64,000 bases of DNA from Vulcanimicrobiota bacterium (GTDB lineage Bacteria > Vulcanimicrobiota > Xenobia > Xenobiales > JADMJV01). The notes under the pieces are model-generated. The model searched no databases and was not told the origin of the DNA. It saw nothing but the letters and a program-made list of their open reading frames with translations. The stretch spans positions 230,488-294,487 of the forward strand of contig JBFWNU010000009.1 in the NCBI GenBank assembly GCA_050250895.1, read 5' to 3'. Below, in pieces: positions 55,528-64,000 of this stretch. The translations under genes were made by a program, and so were the position numbers. Positions within the stretch are counted from its first letter, which is position 1; every line of letters begins with the position of its first letter.

Positions 55528-56812
55528 ACCCCAGGCTCAAGGGGCTGAGTCGCTTGAGGAATTTATTACGACGTTCAACCTACTGGAGGCGGAAGCAGAC
55601 CTATTTTCGCGGTGCAAAGACACAAGGGCATTCCGCTGGTGGGACATCGTCAGATACACCGTTCAGTTTGCCGTGGCAACGGAGAAGAACCTTATTGGGG
55701 CAAGAAAAGAAACCCCCCCCACCAAATCTCAACGTCTTCGTAGCTTGGCAAGACACATTGCAGGGCTCGGCAAGTTCATTCAATCCTTCGTCTCACTTAA
55801 ATCAGGAAAAATCGATACTCTCTACGTATCCACCCGTTCGCTTCAAGCAGCTTCCGCGCCGTTCCTAGAGAAAGCGACGTGTATCCTGTACGTCAACAAA
55901 ACAGGTACCACGGACTCGCCCCATCAGGCGCTGTCAAAATTGACGATAGACTTTCTGCTTCGGTGTATCGTTCCACTGTTTCGCGTGCCTCCAGAAGTTG
56001 CTTTGGAAGCGTCAAGGATTTCGGCCGCCATCAGAGACCGATTCGATGTGCAGGCCGACTTGTCAAACCCCATGCTTTACAAATACAGGCAAGCGCGCGC
56101 AAGTCTCTGGATGTGGGGGGTCATCCTGAATCGTTTACCGGCGCTCAAGCGCATTCTCTTCGTCAATGATGATACTCTAAAGTCCTTGGTCTCACTGGCA
56201 CACGGAAAAGGAATCGAGACCATCGAGATTCAGCATGGCTATATGGGGAAGGCCCATTTTGCTTACAGTTATCCGTCTCTGCCTTCTGGTCTATCGACCT
56301 TGCCAGACAAGATTCTAATCACTCGTGACACAGGCGATATCGTCGTTCCAATCCCCAAGCTCACGGCAAACAAGGCTGAACGTTCTACCTCCGAAGAGCG
56401 CCGTCGGGATATCGACATCCTGGTCGGAGGAAGCCCGACACGTTCAGAGGAAATGCGTCAAATCGTTGAGGCGCTGGCAGAGACTGGTCTTTGCATCGCG
56501 GTGAAGCTTCACCCGGCCCAAACGGAGGAATCATCAGGTCTTCGGCCTTTGTTTCCAGCTGATCTCGTTACAATTTTTGACGGAGGAGAGGATTTTCAGG
56601 CCCTGGCGAATCGTTCTCATATATACATTCCCGCAAATCCCACTTCGACCACCGTTTTTGAAGCCGTCGAAGCCGGTGCCGATTTGATTACGATCAATTA
56701 CGATGGACAGAAAATCACCAGCATCTGCGACCCAATTGCTACCGCTCAGGTGGACAGCTTCGACTCGCTGCGTGATACGGTCATCAACCATCTAGAGCGG
56801 AGGCTATTGTGA
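55502..56812 (+). CDS. Hypothetical capsule/GT-B-like protein
   Basis: EIQHG and VKLHP motifs as in capsule biosynthesis GT-B proteins; STTVFEA. Confidence 0.55.
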   Translation: MEVMKTENRPQAQGAESLEEFITTFNLLEAEADLFSRCKDTRAFRWWDIVRYTVQFAVATEKNLIGARKETPPTKSQRLRSLARHIAGLGKFIQSFVSLKSGKIDTLYVSTRSLQAASAPFLEKATCILYVNKTGTTDSPHQALSKLTIDFLLRCIVPLFRVPPEVALEASRISAAIRDRFDVQADLSNPMLYKYRQARASLWMWGVILNRLPALKRILFVNDDTLKSLVSLAHGKGIETIEIQHGYMGKAHFAYSYPSLPSGLSTLPDKILITRDTGDIVVPIPKLTANKAERSTSEERRRDIDILVGGSPTRSEEMRQIVEALAETGLCIAVKLHPAQTEESSGLRPLFPADLVTIFDGGEDFQALANRSHIYIPANPTSTTVFEAVEAGADLITINYDGQKITSICDPIATAQVDSFDSLRDTVINHLERRLL

Positions 56813-57732
56813 ATTTCGACTGGAGCCAGACGGCTGATATCGATGAAGACGACGTGGTCTATCGATCCGTGCCGGAAGGATTTGTGCCTCGCGTGACGGT
56901 AGGCATGCCTACTTTCAATCGCGCTGATACCATCAGAAGGGCACTTACATCCCTGGCACAGCAGCGGTTTCGTGACTTCGTGCTGGTCATCTCTGATAAC
57001 GCTGGCCGGGACCCTTTGACGCTGGAAGCCGTCAAAGAGTTTCAGAGCCGTCTACCGGCTGTCATTTTGGTGGCGCAGGCTGAAAACAAAGGCGCATTGA
57101 GCAATTTTCACTACCTTTTGTCCGTGGCCAAGACCGACCTCTTCATGTGGTTGGCCGATGATGATGAGATCACAGACAGCTATCTAGAGGATCTGGTTGC
57201 ATTACTCGACAACGATTCCCGGGCCGTCACAGCGTTTGGATATGGGCGCCTTATGAAAGGCCCTGAGTTGCAAACACCTCAGCCCCAACATATCGAGAGA
57301 AACACTCTTAAGAGGGTTGTTAAGTTTGTCAGCGGTCCAAGTGATGATTTCTTTTTCTATGGATTGCATCGCACCGCTGCAATGCGCAGATGTCATTTCC
57401 GTGATTTTCTTCCTCCTAACCAGGGGGTGTTGACAAACTGGTGCTATGTATTTTTGTTCGACATGGTCCTTCAGGGGCCGATAGCCTACGCGCCGAATGC
57501 GGGTTGGATATGCCACGGTGATGTCGAGAAGCAATACCACAAAGCCATGGCGCTTGGTATGCGCGATCGGCTCAAAACCCTCATTCGCCGGCTCAACGTT
57601 TACGGACTTTATTGCGCCAAGGCGTTCAATAAAGATCCCATGCTTTTGCCTCCTGTTTTCGTTGCCTCTCTGTACGGCTTATTCAGTGACGTGGCTTTGG
57701 CGGCGAAGCGAATTCTTGCAAGACTTCGATGA
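56809..57732 (+). CDS. Glycosyltransferase family 2
   Basis: VTVGMPTFNR, ISDN, FMWLADDD. Confidence 0.9.
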   Translation: MNFDWSQTADIDEDDVVYRSVPEGFVPRVTVGMPTFNRADTIRRALTSLAQQRFRDFVLVISDNAGRDPLTLEAVKEFQSRLPAVILVAQAENKGALSNFHYLLSVAKTDLFMWLADDDEITDSYLEDLVALLDNDSRAVTAFGYGRLMKGPELQTPQPQHIERNTLKRVVKFVSGPSDDFFFYGLHRTAAMRRCHFRDFLPPNQGVLTNWCYVFLFDMVLQGPIAYAPNAGWICHGDVEKQYHKAMALGMRDRLKTLIRRLNVYGLYCAKAFNKDPMLLPPVFVASLYGLFSDVALAAKRILARLR

Positions 57733-57825
57733 CACGACGAACCGTGAATTCTTCCAACCGCCCGCCTGGGTGGGACCGAGAAATGCCAAAAGGTCCGAAG
57801 CACCGACTGGCGAATCGCTCGAGCG

Positions 57826-58638
57826 ATGACAAAGTCAATCCTGCTCTGTTCTAAGAGTCACTACGCCGCCAACATTCTGCTTAGGGCCGCAGCTCTCGGC
57901 TGCTCACCAGATTTGGTACTCACCGGAACCAGAAGTGGGGGCCGGGGCAACAGGCTGAAGGGGTTTCTGGAGATTTTGAAGCGTGGTTTTCGACCGGCTG
58001 CAAAGGTGTTGTCAGCGAAGCTCAATCCGCCGCTTATGGAAGGGCTCGCTCCAGAGGTGCGCTGGGGTGGCGTCTTCAACTCGGAGCAAATGGTCGAAGA
58101 GATCAAGGGGTTTAAGCCCGACTTTATTTTCTTGGCCGGTTGTCCCATTATCTCCGAAGAAATCCTATCACTGGCTCCTTTAGGGGTGTACAACGCTCAC
58201 CCTGGGCTGTTGCCATGGTGTAGGGGAGTCGGAGTTGTCGAACAGGCAGTGCTGCGAGCAGTGCCGGTAGGCATCACCATCCACCGAGTGGACCCCGGAA
58301 TCGATACGGGAGATATCGTCCATCGCGAATTAATACCACTTTCTCCCTCTATCACAGCCGCAGCTTTACGGGAGCTAACCTACGATATGCAGGCCGGCGC
58401 CTTTGCAAGATTCATGTCTAGACTGAGGAAAAGTGGTCAGGCGGCGGCAGCAGCCAAACAAACAGAACGCTACAAGATTTGCGGTTGGCCAAGCCCCCAA
58501 GAATTGGAAAAGGTCGAACAGATACTAGCCGGAGGTAGCTATCACCGACTCGTGGAGGACTGGGTCAAGAGTTCAGGCCGAGTGCTCCCCCTAGAGTTCA
58601 CCCCTAGTTCTGTTGCAGAGCGGTTCAAGGTTCGTTGA
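57826..58638 (+). CDS. Formyltransferase-family protein
   Basis: NAHPGLLPWCRG, TIHRVDPGIDTGDI. Confidence 0.85.
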   Translation: MTKSILLCSKSHYAANILLRAAALGCSPDLVLTGTRSGGRGNRLKGFLEILKRGFRPAAKVLSAKLNPPLMEGLAPEVRWGGVFNSEQMVEEIKGFKPDFIFLAGCPIISEEILSLAPLGVYNAHPGLLPWCRGVGVVEQAVLRAVPVGITIHRVDPGIDTGDIVHRELIPLSPSITAAALRELTYDMQAGAFARFMSRLRKSGQAAAAAKQTERYKICGWPSPQELEKVEQILAGGSYHRLVEDWVKSSGRVLPLEFTPSSVAERFKVR

Positions 58639-60038
58639 GTATCTCCAGTCTTAAGATCTACTCCGAAGTGAAGTCACGTGAATTCTCGTACCTCTTTGAG
58701 TTCGTCGGGCTTTCTTTGGGTGTCAATATGGTGGAGGTTCCGCCTGACCAGGCGTCTCTATGCTACGGGGAAAGTCGTTCAGCCGGGGCAGAACTCTTTG
58801 TACTCCGAGGCTTGAGAGCGTCCGGACCGCTAGAGGTGGATTCGGATGGCAACCTGAGTTTTGACATCTTCGAGGAAATCGCGGAGTTTCTCCTGGACAA
58901 ACGAAACAAGACACTCCCCTGTGATTTGGACAAACACGGAAGGGTGCCATACAGCCACTTAGCCCAAGGTGTTCACCTCGGTCTGGCACCTGTTAACCAG
59001 ATTTTATTGAAACTGAAGCAGATCTTAAAGCAGCACCTGGGCATCCGATGCCTTGACATTTGGCCTGAAGGAAAGAAGTGCGCCGTGGTCCTGACCCATG
59101 ATGTTGACCACCCGATTAATGTGCGGCCCTTCGAGGTCTTGAAGGAGATCCCCAAGCTTTTGTTGCGACCCAATCTGAGAAGTAAGTTCAAGATTCCGCG
59201 TAAGATTATTAAGTCAGGTTTTGCAGCTCTAAGCGGTCAAGGCTATCACTGGGCATTTGACCACATCATTAAGGCCGAGTCAGCTCAGGGCTTTCGGAGC
59301 ACATTCTTTTTCGCCTCCAGAACAGACGAAGAGGGGCATTCTTTAGATGTTGAGTATGAGGTTTCCGAGGATAGGTTTCGACGTTTGTTCAAGCAGCTTT
59401 CGGCTCTCGGGTTTGAAATCGGCCTTCACGCCTCGTATCTTGCCTACCGAACCCGGGGTGCTTTTCAGATCGAAAGAACTCGCTTGGAAGAGGCTGCGCA
59501 AACGTCCGTCAGGGGGCTTAGACACCACTTTTGGCACATGTCCGTCCCCTTTTGGAACACCCTCGGACGGCACTTTGAAGCGGGCTTCGAGTACGACGCA
59601 TCCGTAGCTTTTAATGACCATCCAGGATTTCGGCTCGGCACAGGATTGCCTTTTTTTCCCTGGGATCCGATCGGAGGGAAAAAAATAGGGACACTTCAAA
59701 TTCCAACGGTTGTCATGGATGGTGCGGTTTTTGATAGACCCGCAGAGACTAAGACATGGAGTTCAATTGTGAAGCCACCTGCCACAGGGGTTGCGGAGGG
59801 GCTCGAAAAATTGCAGGACACACTAGACAAATTGGCCGATTGCTCGGGAGTCGGCGCTGTTGATTGGCACGTACGGATGTGTTGGGCTCAGAATAAGCGG
59901 TTTAGCGAGTGGGGAGAGTGTTACGAACTATTTCTCAAAGAACTGGGTGGCCGCTCCGACATTTGGGTTGCGACCTGCAGTGAAATCACGAACTACTGGC
60001 GGGAGCGGGCCGACAAACTCCGGCATGGGGTAGTTTAG
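58635..60038 (+). CDS. Polysaccharide deacetylase-like protein
   Basis: LTHDVD, RSTFFF, EIGLHAS, RHHF, GFRLGTGLPF, VMDG, DWH. Confidence 0.82.
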   Translation: MSISSLKIYSEVKSREFSYLFEFVGLSLGVNMVEVPPDQASLCYGESRSAGAELFVLRGLRASGPLEVDSDGNLSFDIFEEIAEFLLDKRNKTLPCDLDKHGRVPYSHLAQGVHLGLAPVNQILLKLKQILKQHLGIRCLDIWPEGKKCAVVLTHDVDHPINVRPFEVLKEIPKLLLRPNLRSKFKIPRKIIKSGFAALSGQGYHWAFDHIIKAESAQGFRSTFFFASRTDEEGHSLDVEYEVSEDRFRRLFKQLSALGFEIGLHASYLAYRTRGAFQIERTRLEEAAQTSVRGLRHHFWHMSVPFWNTLGRHFEAGFEYDASVAFNDHPGFRLGTGLPFFPWDPIGGKKIGTLQIPTVVMDGAVFDRPAETKTWSSIVKPPATGVAEGLEKLQDTLDKLADCSGVGAVDWHVRMCWAQNKRFSEWGECYELFLKELGGRSDIWVATCSEITNYWRERADKLRHGVV

Positions 60039-60312
60039 AAACGCTGCCTGGAGGTTTCAGGACGCGGCATGTGACTCGCCGAGCACCTTCTGCGAGAAAA
60101 CTGTCGTTTTCAGCCAGGCGCTGGACCGGGCGTGTCCAACTTCTTTCCCTTGTCTGTTCAAAGGATGTTCCCGCCCATCCCCGTGAAGGAGAGGATGTGT
60201 GCGACGGAGTAAGCATCAGCCCGCGAGGGTTGACCCGAGCGGTGCTGTCCTGAACATCAGGCTCGGCGAAGGACCGGTTGGAAGCCAAGAGAACCAGAGG
60301 AGCCATTCCAGT

Positions 60313-61395
60313 TTGAAAGTAGCCTATCTCAGTTTCGGTAGTCCCGTCATGGCTATCGGCTACGTGCGAAAGATGGTTCGCCAGATGACCGTTTGGCGAG
60401 AACTGGGCGCTGAAGCCGAGTTTATCGCGCTGGCTTGCGCCAAAGGGACCCTGAAAGACGTTCCGGTTCGTGAGGTTCCCTCCCTTATAGCGCCTCCGCA
60501 AGGGCGGAGTTGGTGGGCGCATTTGTTGTATTATTCACTGCGCAGCCTTTCGGCCCGGGCCCTGCGGCAGACCCTGCGGGAGTCTGAACCCGACCTGGTA
60601 TATTTACGCCAGTCGCTCTGGTGGCCCGGTATGCTCTGGGCTTTACAGGACTTTCCATTCGTTGTGGAAATGAACAGCAACGATGTCGAGGAAGCGCGCC
60701 ACCGGGGAGGGCTACGATCCTCGCTCCACCTCTTGACCCGAGAATGGCTCCTTCGCGGAGCCCGAGGTCTGGTGAGGGTCACCGACGAGATAGGCGAAGT
60801 TCTTCCGGCGGAGATTCCCAGTATAACCATTACCAACGGAGCGCACATTGATCCTCTCGCCTTCCGGCCCCCCCCGAACAACCCGAGGCCTCGCCTCATC
60901 TTCGCCGGCTCTCCGAATCAACCGTGGCACGGACTGGAGAAGGTGCGCCGATTGGCGACCCTCCTACCCGAGGCCGAATTTCACGTTTACGGCGAGCCCT
61001 GCCCAGGTCCGGCGAATATCATCAATCACGGCTTTGTTCCCCACCAGCAGTTGGCCGAGGCCTATGCTGGCGCCGACGCCGGTATCGGTAGCTTGGCGCT
61101 GGAACTCAACGGAATGCGCCAAGCGTGCCCCCTTAAGGTCCGGGAATACCTGGCCCACGGCCTCCCCGTGATGGCCTCTTACGAAGACCCTGATTTGAGT
61201 GGGGCTAGCTACTATCTGGACCTCCAACTCGAGAGCGTTTCTTCAGACGCGCTGGCGGAGCGCGCTCGAGCCTTTCTCGCCTCTTGGAACGGTCGACCTC
61301 TACCCGGCGAGGATGTGCGCCGGAGAGTCGACGACCGAGCCAAAGAGAGTGCCCGGCTGGATTTCTTCGCTCAAGTGGCGGGCAGCAGATCGTAG
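60313..61395 (+). CDS. Glycosyltransferase (GT4-like)
   Basis: VEMN, ITNG, WHGLEK, CPLKVREYLAHGLPV; TTG start chosen. Confidence 0.8.
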   Translation: MKVAYLSFGSPVMAIGYVRKMVRQMTVWRELGAEAEFIALACAKGTLKDVPVREVPSLIAPPQGRSWWAHLLYYSLRSLSARALRQTLRESEPDLVYLRQSLWWPGMLWALQDFPFVVEMNSNDVEEARHRGGLRSSLHLLTREWLLRGARGLVRVTDEIGEVLPAEIPSITITNGAHIDPLAFRPPPNNPRPRLIFAGSPNQPWHGLEKVRRLATLLPEAEFHVYGEPCPGPANIINHGFVPHQQLAEAYAGADAGIGSLALELNGMRQACPLKVREYLAHGLPVMASYEDPDLSGASYYLDLQLESVSSDALAERARAFLASWNGRPLPGEDVRRRVDDRAKESARLDFFAQVAGSRS

Positions 61396-61469
61396 TGTGG
61401 CAATCTGTAGCGCCACTGCGCCAAAGAACTCGCGAGTGACGCAGAACTGGCGACGGAGAGTTTTTGGAG

Positions 61470-62537
61470 TTAGCCTGTGGCCACCGTCTGCTTAAGATGC
61501 TTTGCGGTGATGCGGGCCATCCTCCGGGCGGAAAAGCCGTCTCCATAGGGAGTTCCAAATCGAGGCTCCGTTTGCTGGGCTAACAACGCGGGCAGCTCTT
61601 CGAGAGCCTCGCCGGCCAAAATATTGCAGTTGTTTTCCAAGGTCTCGACCCACTCGGTCTCGGAACGCAGAGTGATACAACGCTTACCTAAAAGATAAGC
61701 CTCTTTTTGCAGGCCACCGGAATCGGTAACCACGCATTGTGAGAACTTCTGATAAGCCAGGCAATCCTGATACCCTACTGGATCAACAAAGTCAATGTTG
61801 GGAAAGGCCTCTCTGGGCATACCCTCCCTCTCCATCACACCGCGCGTTCGAGGATGGACCGGAAAGACAACCGGGACGGGAGCTGCATTGAAAGCACGGA
61901 GGATGGATGCTAGGCGCTCGGGCTTGTCGGCGTTAGAGGGACGATGGATGGTGGCAAATATGTAATCACTCTCCCGCTTTGGAGAGAGTCCCTGGGAACG
62001 CTGGCGCAGGACGTCGCACATCACATCGCCCGTGTTATGAACTCCCTTCCGGAGCCCCTCATCGGCCAGATTCTTCACGGCCGTCTCAGTTGGCGCGAAA
62101 AGGAGAGTAGACAGGTGGTCGGTGACTACTCGATTGATCTCCTCTGGCATGGACCGGTTGAAACTTCTCAGACCGGCCTCGATATGAACCAGAGTAATGC
62201 CTAGCTTGGAAGCCGCCAGGGCTCCTGCCAGAGTGGAGTTGGTGTCGCCGTAGACGACGACCGCTGCCGGCTTACGCTCAAGCAGAAGCTGTTCGAGAGA
62301 GAGCAACATGGACGCCGTTTGCGCGCCGTGCAATGGAACTCGTGACGTGTCCTCCAGAACGAATTCCGGCTCAGGTATACCGAGTTCGTCGAAAAAGACC
62401 CGGCTCATATTGTGGTCGTAGTGCTGACAAGTGTGGGCGGTCAATGTGTCGAAATGCTCGTTGAATGCCTCCATCACCGGCTTATGTTTGATGAATTGGG
62501 GCCGGGCTCCCACTACGCAAATGACGAGAGGTCTCAT
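61470..62537 (-). CDS. wecB: Non-hydrolysing UDP-N-acetylglucosamine 2-epimerase (WecB/WbpI-like)
   Basis: VGARPQFIK, GDTNST, HIEAGLRS, PEEINR, TDSGGLQKEA, YGDG. Confidence 0.92.
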   Translation of the reverse strand: MRPLVICVVGARPQFIKHKPVMEAFNEHFDTLTAHTCQHYDHNMSRVFFDELGIPEPEFVLEDTSRVPLHGAQTASMLLSLEQLLLERKPAAVVVYGDTNSTLAGALAASKLGITLVHIEAGLRSFNRSMPEEINRVVTDHLSTLLFAPTETAVKNLADEGLRKGVHNTGDVMCDVLRQRSQGLSPKRESDYIFATIHRPSNADKPERLASILRAFNAAPVPVVFPVHPRTRGVMEREGMPREAFPNIDFVDPVGYQDCLAYQKFSQCVVTDSGGLQKEAYLLGKRCITLRSETEWVETLENNCNILAGEALEELPALLAQQTEPRFGTPYGDGFSARRMARITAKHLKQTVATG

Positions 62538-62796
62538 GATCAACTCTTCCCTGAAATGGACGAGTGTTGGTCGCTCGGTCCTAAGTTCCTGCTCCGCTCC
62601 TTCCAGCTTGAGGTGGCCATCGAAAGAAGGGAGCTATCAGAAGCGGGGAGCTTAAAAGTGGAGCACCCTTCTCCCGGGACTGGTGGGCATGGTTCGGCCG
62701 ACCGGTGCAGCTGTAATTCGGGTGGTGTTTACCAGGCCTAGCCAATTAGAAGGACAGTTCGGTCAGGTTGGTAAACAGCGCGCCAGGAGGTGGAAC

Positions 62797-63345
62797 GTGC
62801 TGATTGAACCGCTCCCATTGAACGGGGCTCACTTGGTCACCTTGGAGCCTCGGGGAGATGAGCGAGGCTTTTTCGCTCGCTTCTTTTGCCAGAGGGAGTT
62901 CTCGGAAGCTGGGTTGTCCAGCAGTTTTGTGCAGGTGAATAACTCTTGGAGCCGCGAGAAGGGCACCCTTAGAGGCCTTCACTACCAACTTGGGCCCAGC
63001 CAAGAGACCAAACTGGTGCGCTGCATCTCTGGTCGGGTTTGGGACGTGATCGTCGATCTTCGTCCTGGGTCTGAAACCTTCCGAAGTTGGCACGCGGAGG
63101 AACTCTCAGCGGCCAACAGGGCCATGATGTATGTTCCAAAGGGTTTTGCACATGGGTTTATCACGCTAGAGGAAGGTTGCGAGTTGATTTATCTAGTGGA
63201 CGAATTCTATGCCCCAGAACAGGAGCGAGGGCTGCGTTGGGATGACCCCTGGCACGGCATTGAGTGGCCTTTGAGCCCAACGGTTCTCTCGGCTCGGGAC
63301 CAATCCCACCCAGACTTTTCTCGCCAATGGCATCTGGGGGAGTGA
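62797..63345 (+). CDS. rfbC: dTDP-4-dehydrorhamnose 3,5-epimerase family protein
   Basis: DERGFF, GTLRGLHYQ, DLRPGS, PKGFAHGF; RBS AGGAGG. Confidence 0.92.
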   Translation: MLIEPLPLNGAHLVTLEPRGDERGFFARFFCQREFSEAGLSSSFVQVNNSWSREKGTLRGLHYQLGPSQETKLVRCISGRVWDVIVDLRPGSETFRSWHAEELSAANRAMMYVPKGFAHGFITLEEGCELIYLVDEFYAPEQERGLRWDDPWHGIEWPLSPTVLSARDQSHPDFSRQWHLGE

Positions 63346-63664
63346 CGTTGGAGTGGCGGAACAACTCGGCGAACTGGCAAAGTTACCAGCTATGTTCCCA
63401 CGGGGTGTAACTCAAGTTGCCTCAACCAGCCTTTCGCCCTGAAGGCTTCTCATCGCTTGAACCTCCAACAGAATTCGCTCCAGTGTATTCGTTCGCACGT
63501 CTTCGCGAGCCAAGACGGACAGGGTCTCATTCCTGGTCAGGTCGACTTCACCCAACCTGGCCGTCAACGTCTCTGGTGATGCGACGTGGCCTAACCTCCA
63601 CAACCGGGTGCTCAGACAATCTCGTGGAGTGGAACTGGTCGGGTATAGGCAGATATCGGTCGGC

Positions 63665-64000
63665 TCAATTCCAGGTCTTCCAGGGCGGGCTGCCTTCTTC
63701 CCAAAGCTTCTCCAGGTGGCGCTTATCACGTAATGTGTCGACCGGTTGCCAGAAGCCGCGGTGAAGGTAGGACGTGAGTTCCCTCCGTCGCGCTAGCTCC
63801 TCCATAGGACTGTGCTCCCAGGGCGTTTGATCCCCTTCGATGAAGTCAAGCACTTTGGGGCTCAAGACGAAGAAACCGCCGTTCATCCAGTTAGCACCGG
63901 TCGGTTTTTCGCGAAAAGCCGTAACTTTGTCCCCGTCTAGCTCCAACGCACCAAAGCGGCCCGCAGGCTGGATAGCTGTCACGGTGGCAAGGGTGCCAGC
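63665..64000 (-). CDS. rfbF: Glucose-1-phosphate cytidylyltransferase, 3' part only
   Basis: ATVTAIQPAGRFGAL, FREKP, WMNGGFF, HRGFWQPVDTLRDK, PWKTW. Confidence 0.9.
   Translation of the reverse strand, partial: AGTLATVTAIQPAGRFGALELDGDKVTAFREKPTGANWMNGGFFVLSPKVLDFIEGDQTPWEHSPMEELARRRELTSYLHRGFWQPVDTLRDKRHLEKLWEEGSPPWKTWN

Noticed and set aside
60039-60312. Longer intergenic gaps (also 53094-53312 and 63346-63664) as possible ncRNA or IS scars
   Set aside because: No recognisable RNA motif, terminal inverted repeats or transposase fragments by eye; an Rfam/ISfinder search would be needed.
1-64000. Taxonomic assignment (gene content suggested an uncultured Terrabacteria-type lineage such as Ca. 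Eremiobacterota)
   Set aside because: There is no marker gene in the window, so this cannot be supported without a database search.

Overview
This is a GC-rich bacterial window with three blocks. (1) Positions 1-13100 hold a lasso-peptide-type RiPP locus. Its + strand carries an HPr-kinase-like gene (cut by the window edge), a PAPS sulfotransferase, a PqqD/RRE, a 93-aa precursor, a B2 leader peptidase, a lasso cyclase and a PRMT-like methyltransferase. A convergent operon encodes an ASPIC/UnbV FG-GAP membrane protein, a degenerate PRMT paralog and a second RRE-like protein. A further operon encodes a methyltransferase, a nucleotidyltransferase and a JmjC-like oxygenase. The precursor has a canonical lasso leader (WxxP, Thr at -2, Gly1, Glu9), but its predicted core is 74 aa with two Cys and a C-terminal Ser, far longer than characterised lasso peptides; this is the main candidate for an undescribed system. 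(2) About 13.3-24 kb is mostly housekeeping: fbp, PhoH2, a DegT/Gfo-Idh-MocA pair, LCP, an aldehyde dehydrogenase and a DtxR/MntR regulator. (3) About 24-64 kb is a large surface-polysaccharide region with sugar-nucleotide enzymes, glycosyltransferases, asnB, a Wzz-like protein, two BY-kinases, two paralogous membrane proteins and an O-antigen-ligase/TPR protein. A degenerate tubulin-like gene, a zinc-ribbon/Hsp70-like gene, a zinc-ribbon beta-propeller gene and a PP2C gene are embedded in it. Two internally collapsed gene remnants (Uma2, DegT) are present. I recognised no rRNA, tRNA, CRISPR array or transposase. All calls come from reading motifs by eye, with no database search.
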